A stretch of 64,000 nucleotides of DNA from Paraspadella gotoi (lineage: Eukaryota; Animalia; Chaetognatha). Location: contig CM119270.1 in assembly GCA_051294375.1 (NCBI GenBank), positions 1,556,633 through 1,620,632 on the forward strand. Direction: 5' to 3'. A model generated the notes under the pieces. The model had not been told where the DNA came from and ran no database searches. It saw only the letters and a program-made list of their open reading frames with translations. Of this stretch, positions 11,920 through 24,288 are shown piece by piece. Position 1 is the first letter of the stretch. Every line of letters begins with the position of its first letter. The position numbers and the translations under genes were made by a program.

Positions 11920-12323
11920 GTTTACTACGTCCATCCCGGCGGCAATTGTGGCGGTAGCATATCGACAATAGGCATGTGCTAACATCGGCGTCCTGGCATC
12001 CCGGATGAGGAGACAAAGGAAATGTTTATGTGGTATCATCTGTCGAATGTATAGAAGAGGATGAATGCACAAGACAAACTGTCGCTGTAGAAAGTACAAT
12101 CGTGCACCCTAGTTTTGACAACGAAACAAGAAAAACGAGGGTCGCAATATTAAAGCTGAATTCTTCGCTAAGATTCAACAATTATGTGAATCCGATTTGC
12201 CTGCCGACCGACGAAGCAGAAACTTATATAGATGCCACTGCTTATGTTTCGGGATTTGGTGAGACATCTGTTGGAGATATATTGGAGTTACGATACGCGG
12301 AAATGAGCGTCATTTCGGATGAG
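11920..12323 (+). CDS. Trypsin-fold (S1A) serine-protease homologue, main exon (indels in 5' part)
   Basis: CGGSI.DNRHVLTSAS, IVHPSFD...VAILKL..SLRFNNYVNPICLP, AYVSGFGET, LRYAEMSVIS. cag acceptor and gtaaaa donor. Confidence 0.9.
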
Positions 12324-12432
12324 GTAAAAATATGTGTAACAAAAACGATTATTATGTCATGAGTGTGTAGATGGCGTCGGATGAACTCACTATCTAATCT
12401 TGGGTTCAAACCCACTCGTGTTTTGATTGCAG

Positions 12433-12783
12433 GTTTGCAGAATTGGAAATGAAAGAAACATTCTTTGTGCTGGAACGTTTTCATTTATAGGCTTATATTT
12501 TGGAGGAGAAGCAGGAGGGCCTTTGGTTGTGCAAGACCGTGAAACAAATATTTCTACATTGGTCGGAGTCGTCAGATTGGAAGGAAAAAGTCTACAGGGA
12601 TACCCAATCAGTTTCTATTCCAGAGTAACATCGTTTGAAAGTTGGATCAAGAATATTTTGAATAAAACCTTCCGAGAACAAACAAACAAACAACCTTCCG
12701 AGAACAAAGCAACTAGTAAAGAAGCGTTAAACACTGCTATTATGATAATGTTAATAGCAATAAATATTATCACACTTTGCTAA
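12433..12783 (+). CDS. Serine-protease homologue, last exon with hydrophobic C-terminal tail
   Basis: ILCAG, GEAGGPLVV, LVGVV, YSRVTSFESWI, then a polar spacer and ALNTAIMIMLIAINIITLC*. In frame with the previous exon. Confidence 0.92.
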   Translation, partial: VCRIGNERNILCAGTFSFIGLYFGGEAGGPLVVQDRETNISTLVGVVRLEGKSLQGYPISFYSRVTSFESWIKNILNKTFREQTNKQPSENKATSKEALNTAIMIMLIAINIITLC

Positions 12784-13505
12784 ATATTCCAGACAATAAC
12801 AACGAAAATTTTTTTTTGTAAACATTCACACTACAGCGCTTTTTTGTTTTATCCACAAAAAAATTTGTATATTACTTACTATATATTTAATAGATATTAG
12901 GTCTAAACAAAATCAAACTCACTGTGTGATAATATATTTTTTAACGCCTAGGGTTAACCTAAGGGGTGAACTTAGACAAAAATGTTTTTCTTAAATAGGT
13001 AATAGACAATTTTTTGGTTTACAGAGTAAATTAACTGAATAAAATTTCTAATTGAGGAAAGTGGCTTTAAAACAAATATATAACTGACAAACTTATGATC
13101 CAACTTGCTAAGATTAAAAAAAGAAATATTATCTTTAATAATTTTATACCAAATGATATTAAATTAAATATAGAATTTAAAAAAATAATAAAATAGGATA
13201 TTTTCTGGGACTAATTTTTAAAGAAAATTTTTAACAAATTTAAAACTTGACTTAACATTGACATTCGATCAGTTTTAGCCCGAATATTTTTTAGAATATT
13301 TTTAATGAAAGATGAACTAATCTTGTTAAAAAAAAATAGTAGCTAAAAATATTTATTCAGCTTTGACATTCATAAAAGATTCAAAAAATTTCCTTGTTTT
13401 TTCTCATTTTTTTCTTTCATTTTCTTATCATTTTCATAACATCTGTGATCGAGGGTTTAATCTTGTCAAATCTTGTCAGAATATGTAGATTGCAAATATC
13501 TTTAA

Positions 13506-14114
13506 ATGTATGCATTCTCATCATTATTATTACCAATTTCTCTATTGTCTGTTAATTTTTCATTTATCAATAAGTTAATTTACATTTCACTTGATGATTT
13601 TATTGTTTCTGGGTCTGGTAATAGTTTACACGCTTTGCTACTGCTGATAATCATATTTTATGCTCTCTGGAAAAAGTATTTTTGGGTTTAAAATACAGTA
13701 ATAACAAATTGTAAATAGATAATTGATAATGAAATTAAAATAATAAAAGAAAATATGTTGTTTTATTTATCTTGAAATAAAAATAGAAGGAAAATATCTT
13801 GATTCAAAAATTGCCTATCCTAATTAAAAAAAAAAATTTACCTTGGCAATTTGAGTAATACATTGCTCAGTTTATCAGGCAAAATATTACCTCAGCTCAC
13901 GGTCACGTTGCCAAGATAAAGGGGTGACGGGGAAGTAAAGGGTAAATGGGTAAATGGGTGAATGGGTGAGTTTGGGACGTCGCTGAGATTTGTTACATTT
14001 ATTTTTATGTATGTAGATACTGATACTTTGAATGACTTGAGCAACATGATTAAAAGGTCCGGATGATATTGAAGTACATCACTACAATATACCATGTACA
14101 TTAAAAGAAGAAAG
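13506..14114 (+). CDS. Candidate 5' exons (13506-13617, 14017-14114) of the C-type lectin gene
   Basis: Hydrophobic MYAFSSLLLPISLLSVNF start with a phase-1 gtaata donor. The tgtag acceptor at 14016 continues in phase 1. One indel is needed in the second exon. Confidence 0.3.
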
Positions 14115-16257
14115 GTAAAACCTTTTTATGGCATAATATATCCTTTTTGGTAATACTTCGGTGATAAATAAAATATTTAAATAAGAATTTTAAGTTAATT
14201 CGTTAACTAAGGGCCACTCAATAAATATCCACAACGTATTTTGCATGTTATGGCGGACTTAAAATTCACCAACCGCTCATCAGCTGCCCCTTGGCTGCAG
14301 GAGGCAACCCAAAGGTCCGGGGTTAGACCGGTGGTCGCCTAGCAGTTAAGAGGGACAAACCGCCTGTAACACGTTGTTACAGCCTGATCCGAAGCTCAGG
14401 GGCTGCTTTTATTGAACGGTTCTGACACTAACTCATAACAATAATTACTGTCTTTTCAGTGTCACAAAAACTGAAAAAGTAATTATATTTATAATTTGAA
14501 TTTAACTGTCGGGTTTCTGTTTATCATAGTCTCAAGCAAAGAATTTGAGCGAAAAAGATTGATAAACAAATTTGCTACTAAAAAAAGATTGATACTAAAA
14601 AATATTGATAAACAAATTTGCTTCTACTCGAAAAACAATGATTGAAGGATTTAAAAAAAGGAATTTGAAACAAAAAACAAGGTTGATGTAAAATATTGAA
14701 AAACAAATTTTGTTTTCAAATAATTAAAATCAGCAAAACAAAATTTATATACGTATTATTTATTTTTGTTATGGCTCTTAGACTAAATGTGTTTTCTCCC
14801 AACGTCTTGATCAAAAATGATACGTAAAAATATGCTAGCAGCAACTCTGAAGGTTGTCATTTAATATATGAGTAGTTTATTTCCTATCAAAAATTTTACC
14901 CATCAACACAATTAAATTAAGTCTAACCTTTCCCAAACAGAAAATTAAAGCAAAGAATATGAGAATATTTCAAAGTTATTGTACATTGTTTTCCGTTGAC
15001 AATAATCTCTTTATAAATAGTTCATGACTGATTTAAAAAATCGTGTAAATGTCAGCGTAACCAAAAAATTCTCTCAATATAATCATTGCTACTGTACATT
15101 GTGGCATATAAATCTTTATGTATATATGTTAGGAATGTTCATGTTCATTTTCTGTTTAAAATATTTTGTAGTTTGATATTCTTGAATCCTATTATTATTA
15201 TTATATTTGTTAATATCTTCATTCATAACAGATATTTAAACAAATATAAAAAACCCAAAGAACAATTAATTATTAGGCCTTTTTTCCTAGAACGCCCCAT
15301 TTTGTCTTAAATTCGGAGGTTAGGATTAAAGATGATATTATGAATTAATATTAATATAATTAATATTAGTCATTAGGGTTAAGAATTTGGGTAAGGAACA
15401 AGGATTTAGGGTTGAGGTTTAAGAATAGGTTAGGGATTATGGATTAAGGTGTTATTACCAAAGTTACCAATCAAAATGGCAATCAATGTCAATGATGAAC
15501 AGACGTGATGAAAAGGTTTAAATAAAAATATTTTTTTATGATTTTGTAATAGAATTTATATGTAATTATGGTAAACAATTTAATTGTTTTAAAGATTTAA
15601 AAATCAGGGGCCAAAAGTGCCAAAATATAAGATGGGATTTTGGTAAACTAATTCCTTTTTCTGACCAAAAAGTAGGGGCAATAAATGACAGAAACACTAG
15701 ATACTATTATTTTATTTTTTTAGAATAAAAAAGGAGTGCCAAATTTTGGTAAATTAATTTCTTTTACTTAGAACCGAAAAGTTGCGGAAAAAATTGACAG
15801 AAACACGAGGTATAATTTTGTTGTTTTTCTTAGAATCAAAAAAAATTACTAAGCGCAGAAAAAATTAGATGAGATTTCGGTAAATTCCTTTTTCTTAGAA
15901 TTAAAACGGAAAGGTTAAAATTAGGTCGAACAAGTTCCTTCTTCTCTGATCGTGATATTTTGGTTTCTAGTGTAAAAAATTAAAAGGAACCGATAAAAAA
16001 CTTAATTTTTTGATCTCACGATTTTGATTACTTTAAAAACAATGATAATACGTAAGATTAAAAAAAAAGTCGATGTTTTAACATTGTAAAGATTATATAT
16101 AATTATATATACTTACTTTAAGCAGATCTGATAAAAGATCGGCTTGGGATATTATGATATATAGAGTTGTATAAATACTGTTTGTTGGTTGATTCAAATT
16201 TTATACTTCCTTCTTCAGTCGGCAAACCACGCGCGATAAATGTTTCTCTCTTGACAG

Positions 16258-16893
16258 ATTTATTATTGAGTAGATTAAACCAGAAAAAGGAAGTAAAAAT
16301 ATTTTGAGTTTCAATACAGCAGTGTATACTAAAAACAACGAAGAAGTTCTAGTAATATCAGATTTTGCAAGGTTCAGTTTTTACGAAATATTGAAAGTGC
16401 TAAGTCGTTATCAATGGTATCACTATGCGAAATTATAAATTGAGACTGCGTTAGGATTGACAGATAGTACAAGGAGTGACGAAATAATAACGTTAGAATG
16501 TCCACTTGGACTTTATCACAATAATTTACAGACCTGTAAGAATTTAATGATGAACCTGGTTTATCACAATGTCGACCCTGCCCAGTTAATACATTTCCTT
16601 TATTCATCCCGTCCGTCAGGCTACACGGCGGCCAATTGGCCTCCGGAAGGCTATCTTCTCTATACGGGCAAAGGAGGGATGGCTCGCGGGCGAATGGAAC
16701 GACGTGGCCGGTCGTTATTTGCCAGGAGATGGAATGCGGGAAGCCGTGGAATACTTATCAGCCAAGAAGCCCAAGATATAAATTCAATTATGATTACTTT
16801 GTTATGTCAGAAGTCATGTGGTTAAACAATGAAGAAAATTCGCTGTGGGATGTTCCATGCACTGATAAATACTGGTTTCTGTGTAAATTTTAA
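16258..16893 (+). CDS. C-type lectin-like domain, terminal exon (frameshifted in this assembly; 5' boundary uncertain)
   Basis: QTCKNLMMNLV...LIHFL...LYTG / ANGTTW...PWNTYQP...LWDVPCTDKYWFLCKF* follows the CTLD order C...L...FL...WIG...W.NG...W...QP...W.D.PC.....FIC. Confidence 0.7.
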
Positions 16894-17242
16894 CCAATCA
16901 GAATTTTTGTTTTCAAATTAAATCTCATATTTAAAAAAAAAAGAATAAAATATAAAAAGGAAAAGAAAATCATTGAGCAAGATTTTATATTTTATTCATG
17001 AATAAATTAAACACGATATTAATTATTTAACGTTTTCTCAGTAACGGAAGCGCCGTCTGCATGATATCGTAATAAATCAATCGCTAAAAATATTTTATTA
17101 CCATAAACACTGTATACAAATAGACCTCTAATCCACAGAGCAGCAACTATCGCGACGTCGCCAAAGCGTTTAACATTGTCGGTTAGAAGTTAATACTTCG
17201 CTGAGGGATCGGGTTTTTGTCGGTTTCTGTCGGTTCCACCGC

Positions 17243-17293
<51 letters not shown>

Positions 17294-17727
17294 ACTCTAC
17301 ACGTTTCGTGACGAGGGCCGCTCTCGCTCTCTGTGTGGGAAAGACGAAAAAAAAAAATCAATATCGTTCTCCGCCTCCGACGTCTCTCTCTCCCTCTCCC
17401 TCTCTCTCTCTTCTCTCTCTCTCTTCTTTCTCCGTCGACGTTCGCTTTTTTCTCTTATCGCTTTTTCTTTCTCATTTTATCGAATTCTTTTATTATTGTT
17501 TATGTTAATATTGTTTATTTATATTATTTACTTCGCGAGGCATAAGCCAACGTTAAAATTCTCAGACTTCATCTTTAAACTTTTTGTTTTAGTTACAACT
17601 TTTTTGTTGTTTTAAAACAACGGTAAAATTGAAAACAAAATAACGGATATGTTTCGGTTATGATGAGAGGCTTCTTCAGCGCGAAAAATATTGTTTTGTG
17701 AAAATAGTTTTTCACAGAATTTGAACT

Positions 17728-17785
<58 letters not shown>

Positions 17786-18149
17786 GAGAGAGAGGAGAGA
17801 GAGAGAGAGAGAGAGAGTGTTTTAAATTTGTTGCATTAAAAGTGAAAACCTGTCATTTTGTTTATAAATGAAAAAAAGATATTCCATTTTTTAAAAAAAT
17901 CAAAATTTATTTAAATCTTATATCATCAGCATTTTTAAATTCTTGTTATATATTTTTTTATTTTTTCCTGGAATGTTTCTTTACTTTTTCATTTACATCA
18001 TCATTATCATCATAGTTTTTTAAAATCATCATCATCATCGTCATAATCATCATCATCATCATCACCGTCTCCCAAACGATGCAATCATTTTCTTTTTCCT
18101 CCGCCTTTTTTCTCTCTCGTTTCTCTCATTAATCAATAACTTAGCAGCC

Positions 18150-18213
<64 letters not shown>

Positions 18214-18488
18214 TCTCTTCATAAAACTAGCAGCCATTTTCTTTTCCTTCTTTCGTCGTCTTTCTTCCTTTTTTTTTCAATTTTTACTTTTCTTTCTTTA
18301 CTCATTTTCTAGTAGCCTAATCCTATCTTTTCTTTATTTATTTCCATCTTTTTTTATTTATAACCTGAAAGATACACAAGGGTTACGCATCCTGAGGTAT
18401 TTTTACAAATCTTTAAGATGTATTAATTTTTATTCATGCAAGATAAATTTAATCACGAGATATTATGCTTACATTTTGTAAATTCATT

Positions 18489-18876
18489 TCAATTTAATTC
18501 GATTTCCGTTCGTCGACGCCAATTTTTAAAATCGTCGACGTCGCGGCACCTGTCGCCACCTGCTTCCCTTTTTCGCCTCTGCACCCGAAAGACGCAACCT
18601 CCCACGCAGATGCAATCTCCGTCCTCGTCTTCGCTGCCGCAACTTCCGCTGCCGCAACCTCCGCCGCCGCAACCAATGTCGACGTCGCTGCATTCCGCGC
18701 TGCTGCTGCTCCTGCTGTAAACGACTCTCCCGGCGCAGCTGTTGTTATTGTTAGCGTTGACGTTGCGGATCTCGTCTTTGTTTACGTTTTTGTTTTGTTC
18801 TTTGTTTTTGTTGTTTTCTTTGTTTTTGTTTCTGCTTCGACTTCGACTGAATCTGCGGAAATTCAAGGTTCGACCG
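18489..18876 (-). CDS. Probable terminal exon of the SH3-domain gene
   Basis: cttctctccag acceptor in phase 2, matching the 23503 donor. Reads SGRTLNFRRFSRSRSRNK...EIELN*. Confidence 0.55.
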
Positions 18877-20622
18877 CTGGAGAGAAGGAGGTGGAAGTGG
18901 GGGGAGTGAATGGGGGGAAAGTGGAAGGAGTTAAGTAATAAAATTAGAACAACTAATATACATTGTACAAATAATCCCTTCATTGGATAAATAAGCTTAT
19001 TACGGCATCGAGGGGGGGGCCTTTACGACGCCCTGGGTGTGCGGGATCTTCCTGACGGTTGACGCTAAGAGGGTTTTTTGGTCCTGCAGTGAACACTGCA
19101 ACACACCAAGTCACTGGCGTGGTAATAGTAGTACAAAGAGAGTGGATCGAACCCGAAACTCAGAACTAAGAAATGTCAGAGAGAGTTTTAAATGGTCAAT
19201 TTAGGACATCTTGCTTTCCGACTTGGGACTGGCTATTCAGAGTAAAGGACCTACATGCATCTTAACCAAGTGATCTAGCATAGAACAAACCTTACCAGCT
19301 AATAATAAGAATTCATGACAGTCTCGTTTATGAGAAAGACCCTTTGTGATTTGGCAATTTTTAAGACATTAAGATAAGTAAACATAAACCCGAATCATTA
19401 AAATATTTTGATGGATAAACGTTTTGAGCAAAAAAAGGTTTATTTTTAGAATAAATTTATTAACTGAATATATAGTGCGTCGTGTTAGTTTTCGTCGTCG
19501 TCGTCTTCGTATGCGTCGTCGTCGTCGTCGTCGTCGTCGGCGCCTTTCCCTGACAAGATGACAAACGATCGACTAACGACGACTTCGGCTTCGATAAACA
19601 AACACCGTCGCCAAGCAACGGAATTCTTTACAATTTTTTTTCTTTTCGGTTCAGACCAAAAAAAAAAGAGAGAAAAATGGAGAAAAGGATCAAGAGTCAA
19701 TACCCCCCCCCCTTCTAGGAGTTTCTCCATTTTTTTCCAATGAAGCTGATTTAAACTTTCATATTTAAACTTTCATATTTAAACTTTCATATCATTTTAT
19801 CAAATAAAATTTTACTGCTTGATATGAAGGAAGCTTGTAGTATGAGAAGGAGACTTAATATTTGTAGAAATTAAAGAGAAATTACATAAATTATGTAGGC
19901 TCGACAATAAAGATTAACATATTTATACATTAGGTATTACCTAAGAGGTAAATGATGTTTTTCATGCGCTAAAATATAAAGGAAACAGTCCTTATCTTAT
20001 TTTCATTTTTTTTGTCTTTCTTTCTTTCTTGCTTTCTTCCTTTCNNNNNNNNNNTTTTTCATGCGCTAAATTATAAAGGAAACAGTCCTTATCTTATTTT
20101 CATTTTTTTGTCTTTCTTTCTTTATTGCTTTCTTCCTTTCTTTCTTTCTTTCCTTTTCTTCTTTACCTCCTAATCCTTCTCCCTTTCCTTCCGGCTTTCT
20201 CAAACGTTGTCGCGTGCGTGAGCTATTACTCTCTCTCTCTCTCTCTCTCTCTCTTCGCTCTCTCTCTTCCTCTCCTCTCCATCTCTCTCTCTCTTCTCCT
20301 CTCTTCTCTCTCTCTCTCAAACCCCCCACGCTCTCGTGACTGGAAAGGCCTTTTCACTCTCTCTCGTCGAATCACGATTTCCCTTTTATTTTTTGAAGAG
20401 AGAAAAAAAATCACAACAAAATTGGAAAAAAAATGGAACTTGAAATTGAAAATAGTCATCGTTGTTGTTGTTGTTGTTGTTATCGTTATTAATATCATCT
20501 TCGTCGTTGTTGTTGTTGTTGTTGCCTGTTGGATTCAGACCTTTTCCCCAACAACTCGTTCAGCGACCCTTCGAAAAAATCCAGCTTGCTTCTGTCGTTT
20601 TTCAACAAGCTCTTTCTCTCTG

Positions 20623-20671
<49 letters not shown>

Positions 20672-20788
20672 TCTCTCTTCTCTCTCTCCTCTCTGCCCAA
20701 CTCCTTTTTTCTCGGATTTTGTTTGTTGGGGTCGTGACTTTGAATATCAACGCAAAAATGAAACTGACACGGAAAAGGGAGGAAAGGA

Positions 20789-20856
<68 letters not shown>

Positions 20857-21351
20857 GAGAGGAAAAAAGAAAATAAAAGTGGATATAAAAATAGTAAATA
20901 GATAAAGAAAAGGAAAGGAAAGCAAAAAAGAAAAAGGAAAAAATAAAAATGAAAAAAGAAAAACGCATCAGAGGGAAACAGAGATTTGATGGAACAAAAA
21001 ACATCGAGAAAAGGAAATAAAATGAAAAAATGTGGAGATTGAAAAATAGAGCCAAGGAAACCAACGGAACGAAATAACATCGTAATAAATAATATTCTGT
21101 TGGTACTCGAAATAAAAAATGTGTAAAATGTATGAGTTTAAAAAAAATACATTAAAATAAAAAAAAACAAATAAAAATTGAAAACTAAAATGTCAAAGAA
21201 AAACAGAAATAAAGAAAATAAGTAAAAATAAAAAAGTAAATATAAAAAAAAAAAAAAACAGAAAAAAAAATCTTGGAAAGACATAAAATTCGGTCCTCGT
21301 GAAAAAATTTGGCTCCAGAGATTTGGACTCCGACATTCGGCCTCAATAAGA

Positions 21352-21602
21352 TTTGAAGGTCAGATTTGAAAGAAAGATTTGAAAGAAAGATTTGAAAGAA
21401 AGATTTGAAAGAAAAATTTGACTAAAAGATTTGACTGAAAGATTTCGTCTGTGAAATATGTGCAAAAGTTGTACAACGAACGGACGAACTGACGTAGGAC
21501 AGACTGACCAACGGACCAACGGACCAACGGACCAACGGACCAACGGACCAACGGACCAACGGACCAACGGACCAACGGACCAACGGACCAACGGACCAAC
21601 GG
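21352..21602. repeat. Adjacent 13-bp (GATTTGAAAGAAA) and 8-bp (ACCAACGG) tandem repeats
   Basis: Read directly. The 8-mer array of about 11-12 perfect copies generates the GPLVRWSV ORFs. Confidence 0.9.
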
Positions 21603-22311
21603 ATAGTTGGAGAGACCGAAAAACCCCAAAAGTTAAATGGACCAAAAAATCTCCGAAAAACAATTCCCTTCTGGATTTTAACTCTTTTTTGTTTTTTGGG
21701 GTTTTTTTTCGCTTTTTCGTGTTGTGTTTCTTTTCTTATCTTTTTGGTGGTCGGTCTGTCAGTCTAAATTATGAATTATTTAAACCTATAAATCTCTATA
21801 AATTAAGCGTTAGTATTCAGCTTTTTCTTTAAATAATAAATTACTTAACTATTTCGTCTTAAACTTTATGAAATTGGTACAACCATTATAAAAAATTATC
21901 CATTCATTTAATAAATAAGCTATCTTGCCCCTGACTTTGGTCCCAGCAAGCTTTCAATCAAGACTCTCTCACAGTCTCGTTTATTCACTTCCAGAGTATC
22001 TGGCTTCCCTATCAATGAAGTGCTATCATATTTCAAAGTAGATTTCAATTGTATTGATTCCATGTGTCTCAAATTCTCACACCGTCTTGCTTATCTTCTA
22101 TCTGAGAATAAAATCCACTTTATTATCGCTTTCTTTATTATCCTCATCTTTATTTTCTTTAATCTTTTCTTGTCTTTTTTGTTTTCTTTTCTTTTTTCTT
22201 CTTTTTTTTCTTTTCTTTTTTACTTCTCTCCTTTATTGCTGCCAAAGGTCCAAGGAAAACGTCTCTTTTCTCTTTTCTCTTTTTTCTCGGTGGTCATTAC
22301 TTTTACAGTCG

Positions 22312-22357
<46 letters not shown>

Positions 22358-22466
22358 ATCTATCCTTTTACAAAGCTTTTAACCATCCTCTTCCTTTCTT
22401 TTTTCATCCTTTTTTTCTTAAAAAAAAACCTTGGAACGAAGATAAAAGCTTGTAATTCGATTTTGA

Positions 22467-22508
<42 letters not shown>

Positions 22509-23502
22509 GGATTTTCCTCCATCCTCTTTCTGATTTTGAAGAAGACGGAAAAGGCGTGGCCAAAAAACTCGGTTTGATGAGAGAAGAGAGAGAGAGAGAG
22601 AGAGAGAGTGAGAGAGAAAGAAAGACACAGAGCCAGAGCGCCATCTTTGTTTTAAAGGAGGCAAATCGTTTGTGTTGTGTTCGTCCGAATTCCCTTCGGA
22701 GATTCTGAGGATTTTCAGTTGACGTTTCTTCTTCTTTCGTTGTTGTTTTTTTTTCGCTGACGTTTCTTGTTTTTTATTTTGTTTTGTTTGACGTTTCTTT
22801 CCTTTTTTCGATGCTGACGTTTTTTTCTTTGCTTCTATTTCGAATTCATATTTGTTACTCTTGCTTGATTTTTTTTATGATGAAATCAAATTGTCTCATT
22901 ACAATGAATCAACGTAATATAATATAATATTTGCTGACTTTTTACATTAAGCCACGTTCCGTTACGTTCAATTACTTTTATTCAATAGTTATTTGTTTCT
23001 GTTTAGGTACNNNNNNNNNNNNNNNNNNNNNNNNNNNNNNNNNNNNNNNNNNNNNNNNNNNNNNNNNNNNNNNNNNNNNNNNNNNNNNNNNNNNNNNNNN
23101 NNNNNNNNNNNNNNNNNNNNNNNNNNNNNNNNNNNNNNNNNNNNNNNNNNNNNNNNNNNNNNNNNNNNNNNNNNNNNNNNNNNNNNNNNNNNNNNNNNNN
23201 NNNNNNNNNNNNNNNNNNNNNNNNNNNNNNNNNNNNNNNNNNNNNNNNNNNNNNNNNNNNNNNNNNNNNNNNNNNNNNNNNNNNNNNNNNNNNNNNNNNN
23301 NNNNNNNNNNNNNNNNNNNNNNNNNNNNNNNNNNNNNNNNNNNNNNNNNNNNNNNNNNNNNNNNNNNNNNNNNNNNNNNCTACAATAAGTCCATGAAATT
23401 TAAATTTGAAAATTTCGTCACCCCCTCCTATCTCCATCTTGACAACGACCAATGATACTGCAATATGCAAATGAGATTTAAATTTCCTCCTTCTACTCTT
23501 AC

Positions 23503-24086
23503 CTTGCGGCTGCCGATCCAGCCGGCCTCCCCACTGATTCACCCGGCCTCCCCACCGATCCAGCCGGCCTCCCCGCCGCCGACGGCCCCACTCTCTTCTT
23601 CGGCGCCTCCTCTTCCCCCGGCGCCTTCGGCCGAGCGGGCATCGGTCCGCCCGCTTCCACTTTGGCGTAGTCTGGATGCTCCTGTCTCTTTAACTGCGCC
23701 TCGATCCACTCGAAAGGAACCCAGACGGGGACCCTCACTCTGTTGATGCAATCGCAGGGACCCTTCCTTCTCTCCATCGGCATCTGTTCTCTGTCCTCTG
23801 TCCTCTGTCCGAGCGGCATCTGTCCTCCTCCGGGCGGCACCTGTCCTCCTCCGCGCGGCACCTCCCCCGGTTCCATCTCCAAATCTTCGGCTTCGTCGCC
23901 GGCGCCTTTTCGTCCGCCTCTTCCAACTCGATCGAAGATGGAACCGCGGCCAGGCGGCGCCGATCCGGATTGTGACGATTCCATCCCTTGAGCGCGGCCA
24001 GGTGGCGCCGATCCGGATCCTTTCGATTCCATCATTTGAGCGCCATCTGGCGGCAAGAGGCTGAAGTCGGGCTCTCCGGGGGGGAA
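23503..24086 (-). CDS. SH3-domain gene, Gly/Pro-rich exon with internal peptide repeats
   Basis: GC-rich open frame of about 194 codons, pyrimidine tract plus caag acceptor (phase 0), gtaag donor (phase 2). Confidence 0.7.
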
Positions 24087-24239
24087 CTTGAAAAGGGGGG
24101 AGGGGGGCGGTGGAAGGAGGTAAGGTTGGGGTAGGGAAGGGGAGTGGGAAAAGATGAGATTTATTTATTGTTGTTGTTGTTCTTCTTTTTATTGTTGGAA
24201 AGTAGTTTCAGTTGTTTTTATCGTCGTTTGACACTCTCC

Positions 24240-24288
<49 letters not shown>

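Noticed and set aside
19958-20150. Direct duplicate on either side of a 10-N gap
   Set aside because: Same assembly-overlap signature.
20066-21080. SLSLSL / ERERER ORFs (also throughout the window)
   Set aside because: Translations of (AG)n microsatellites.
21343-21832. ORFs with GPLVRWSV / TDQRTNGP repeats and a CRISPR-like appearance
   Set aside because: A pure 8-bp tandem repeat with no spacers. The ORFs are by-products.
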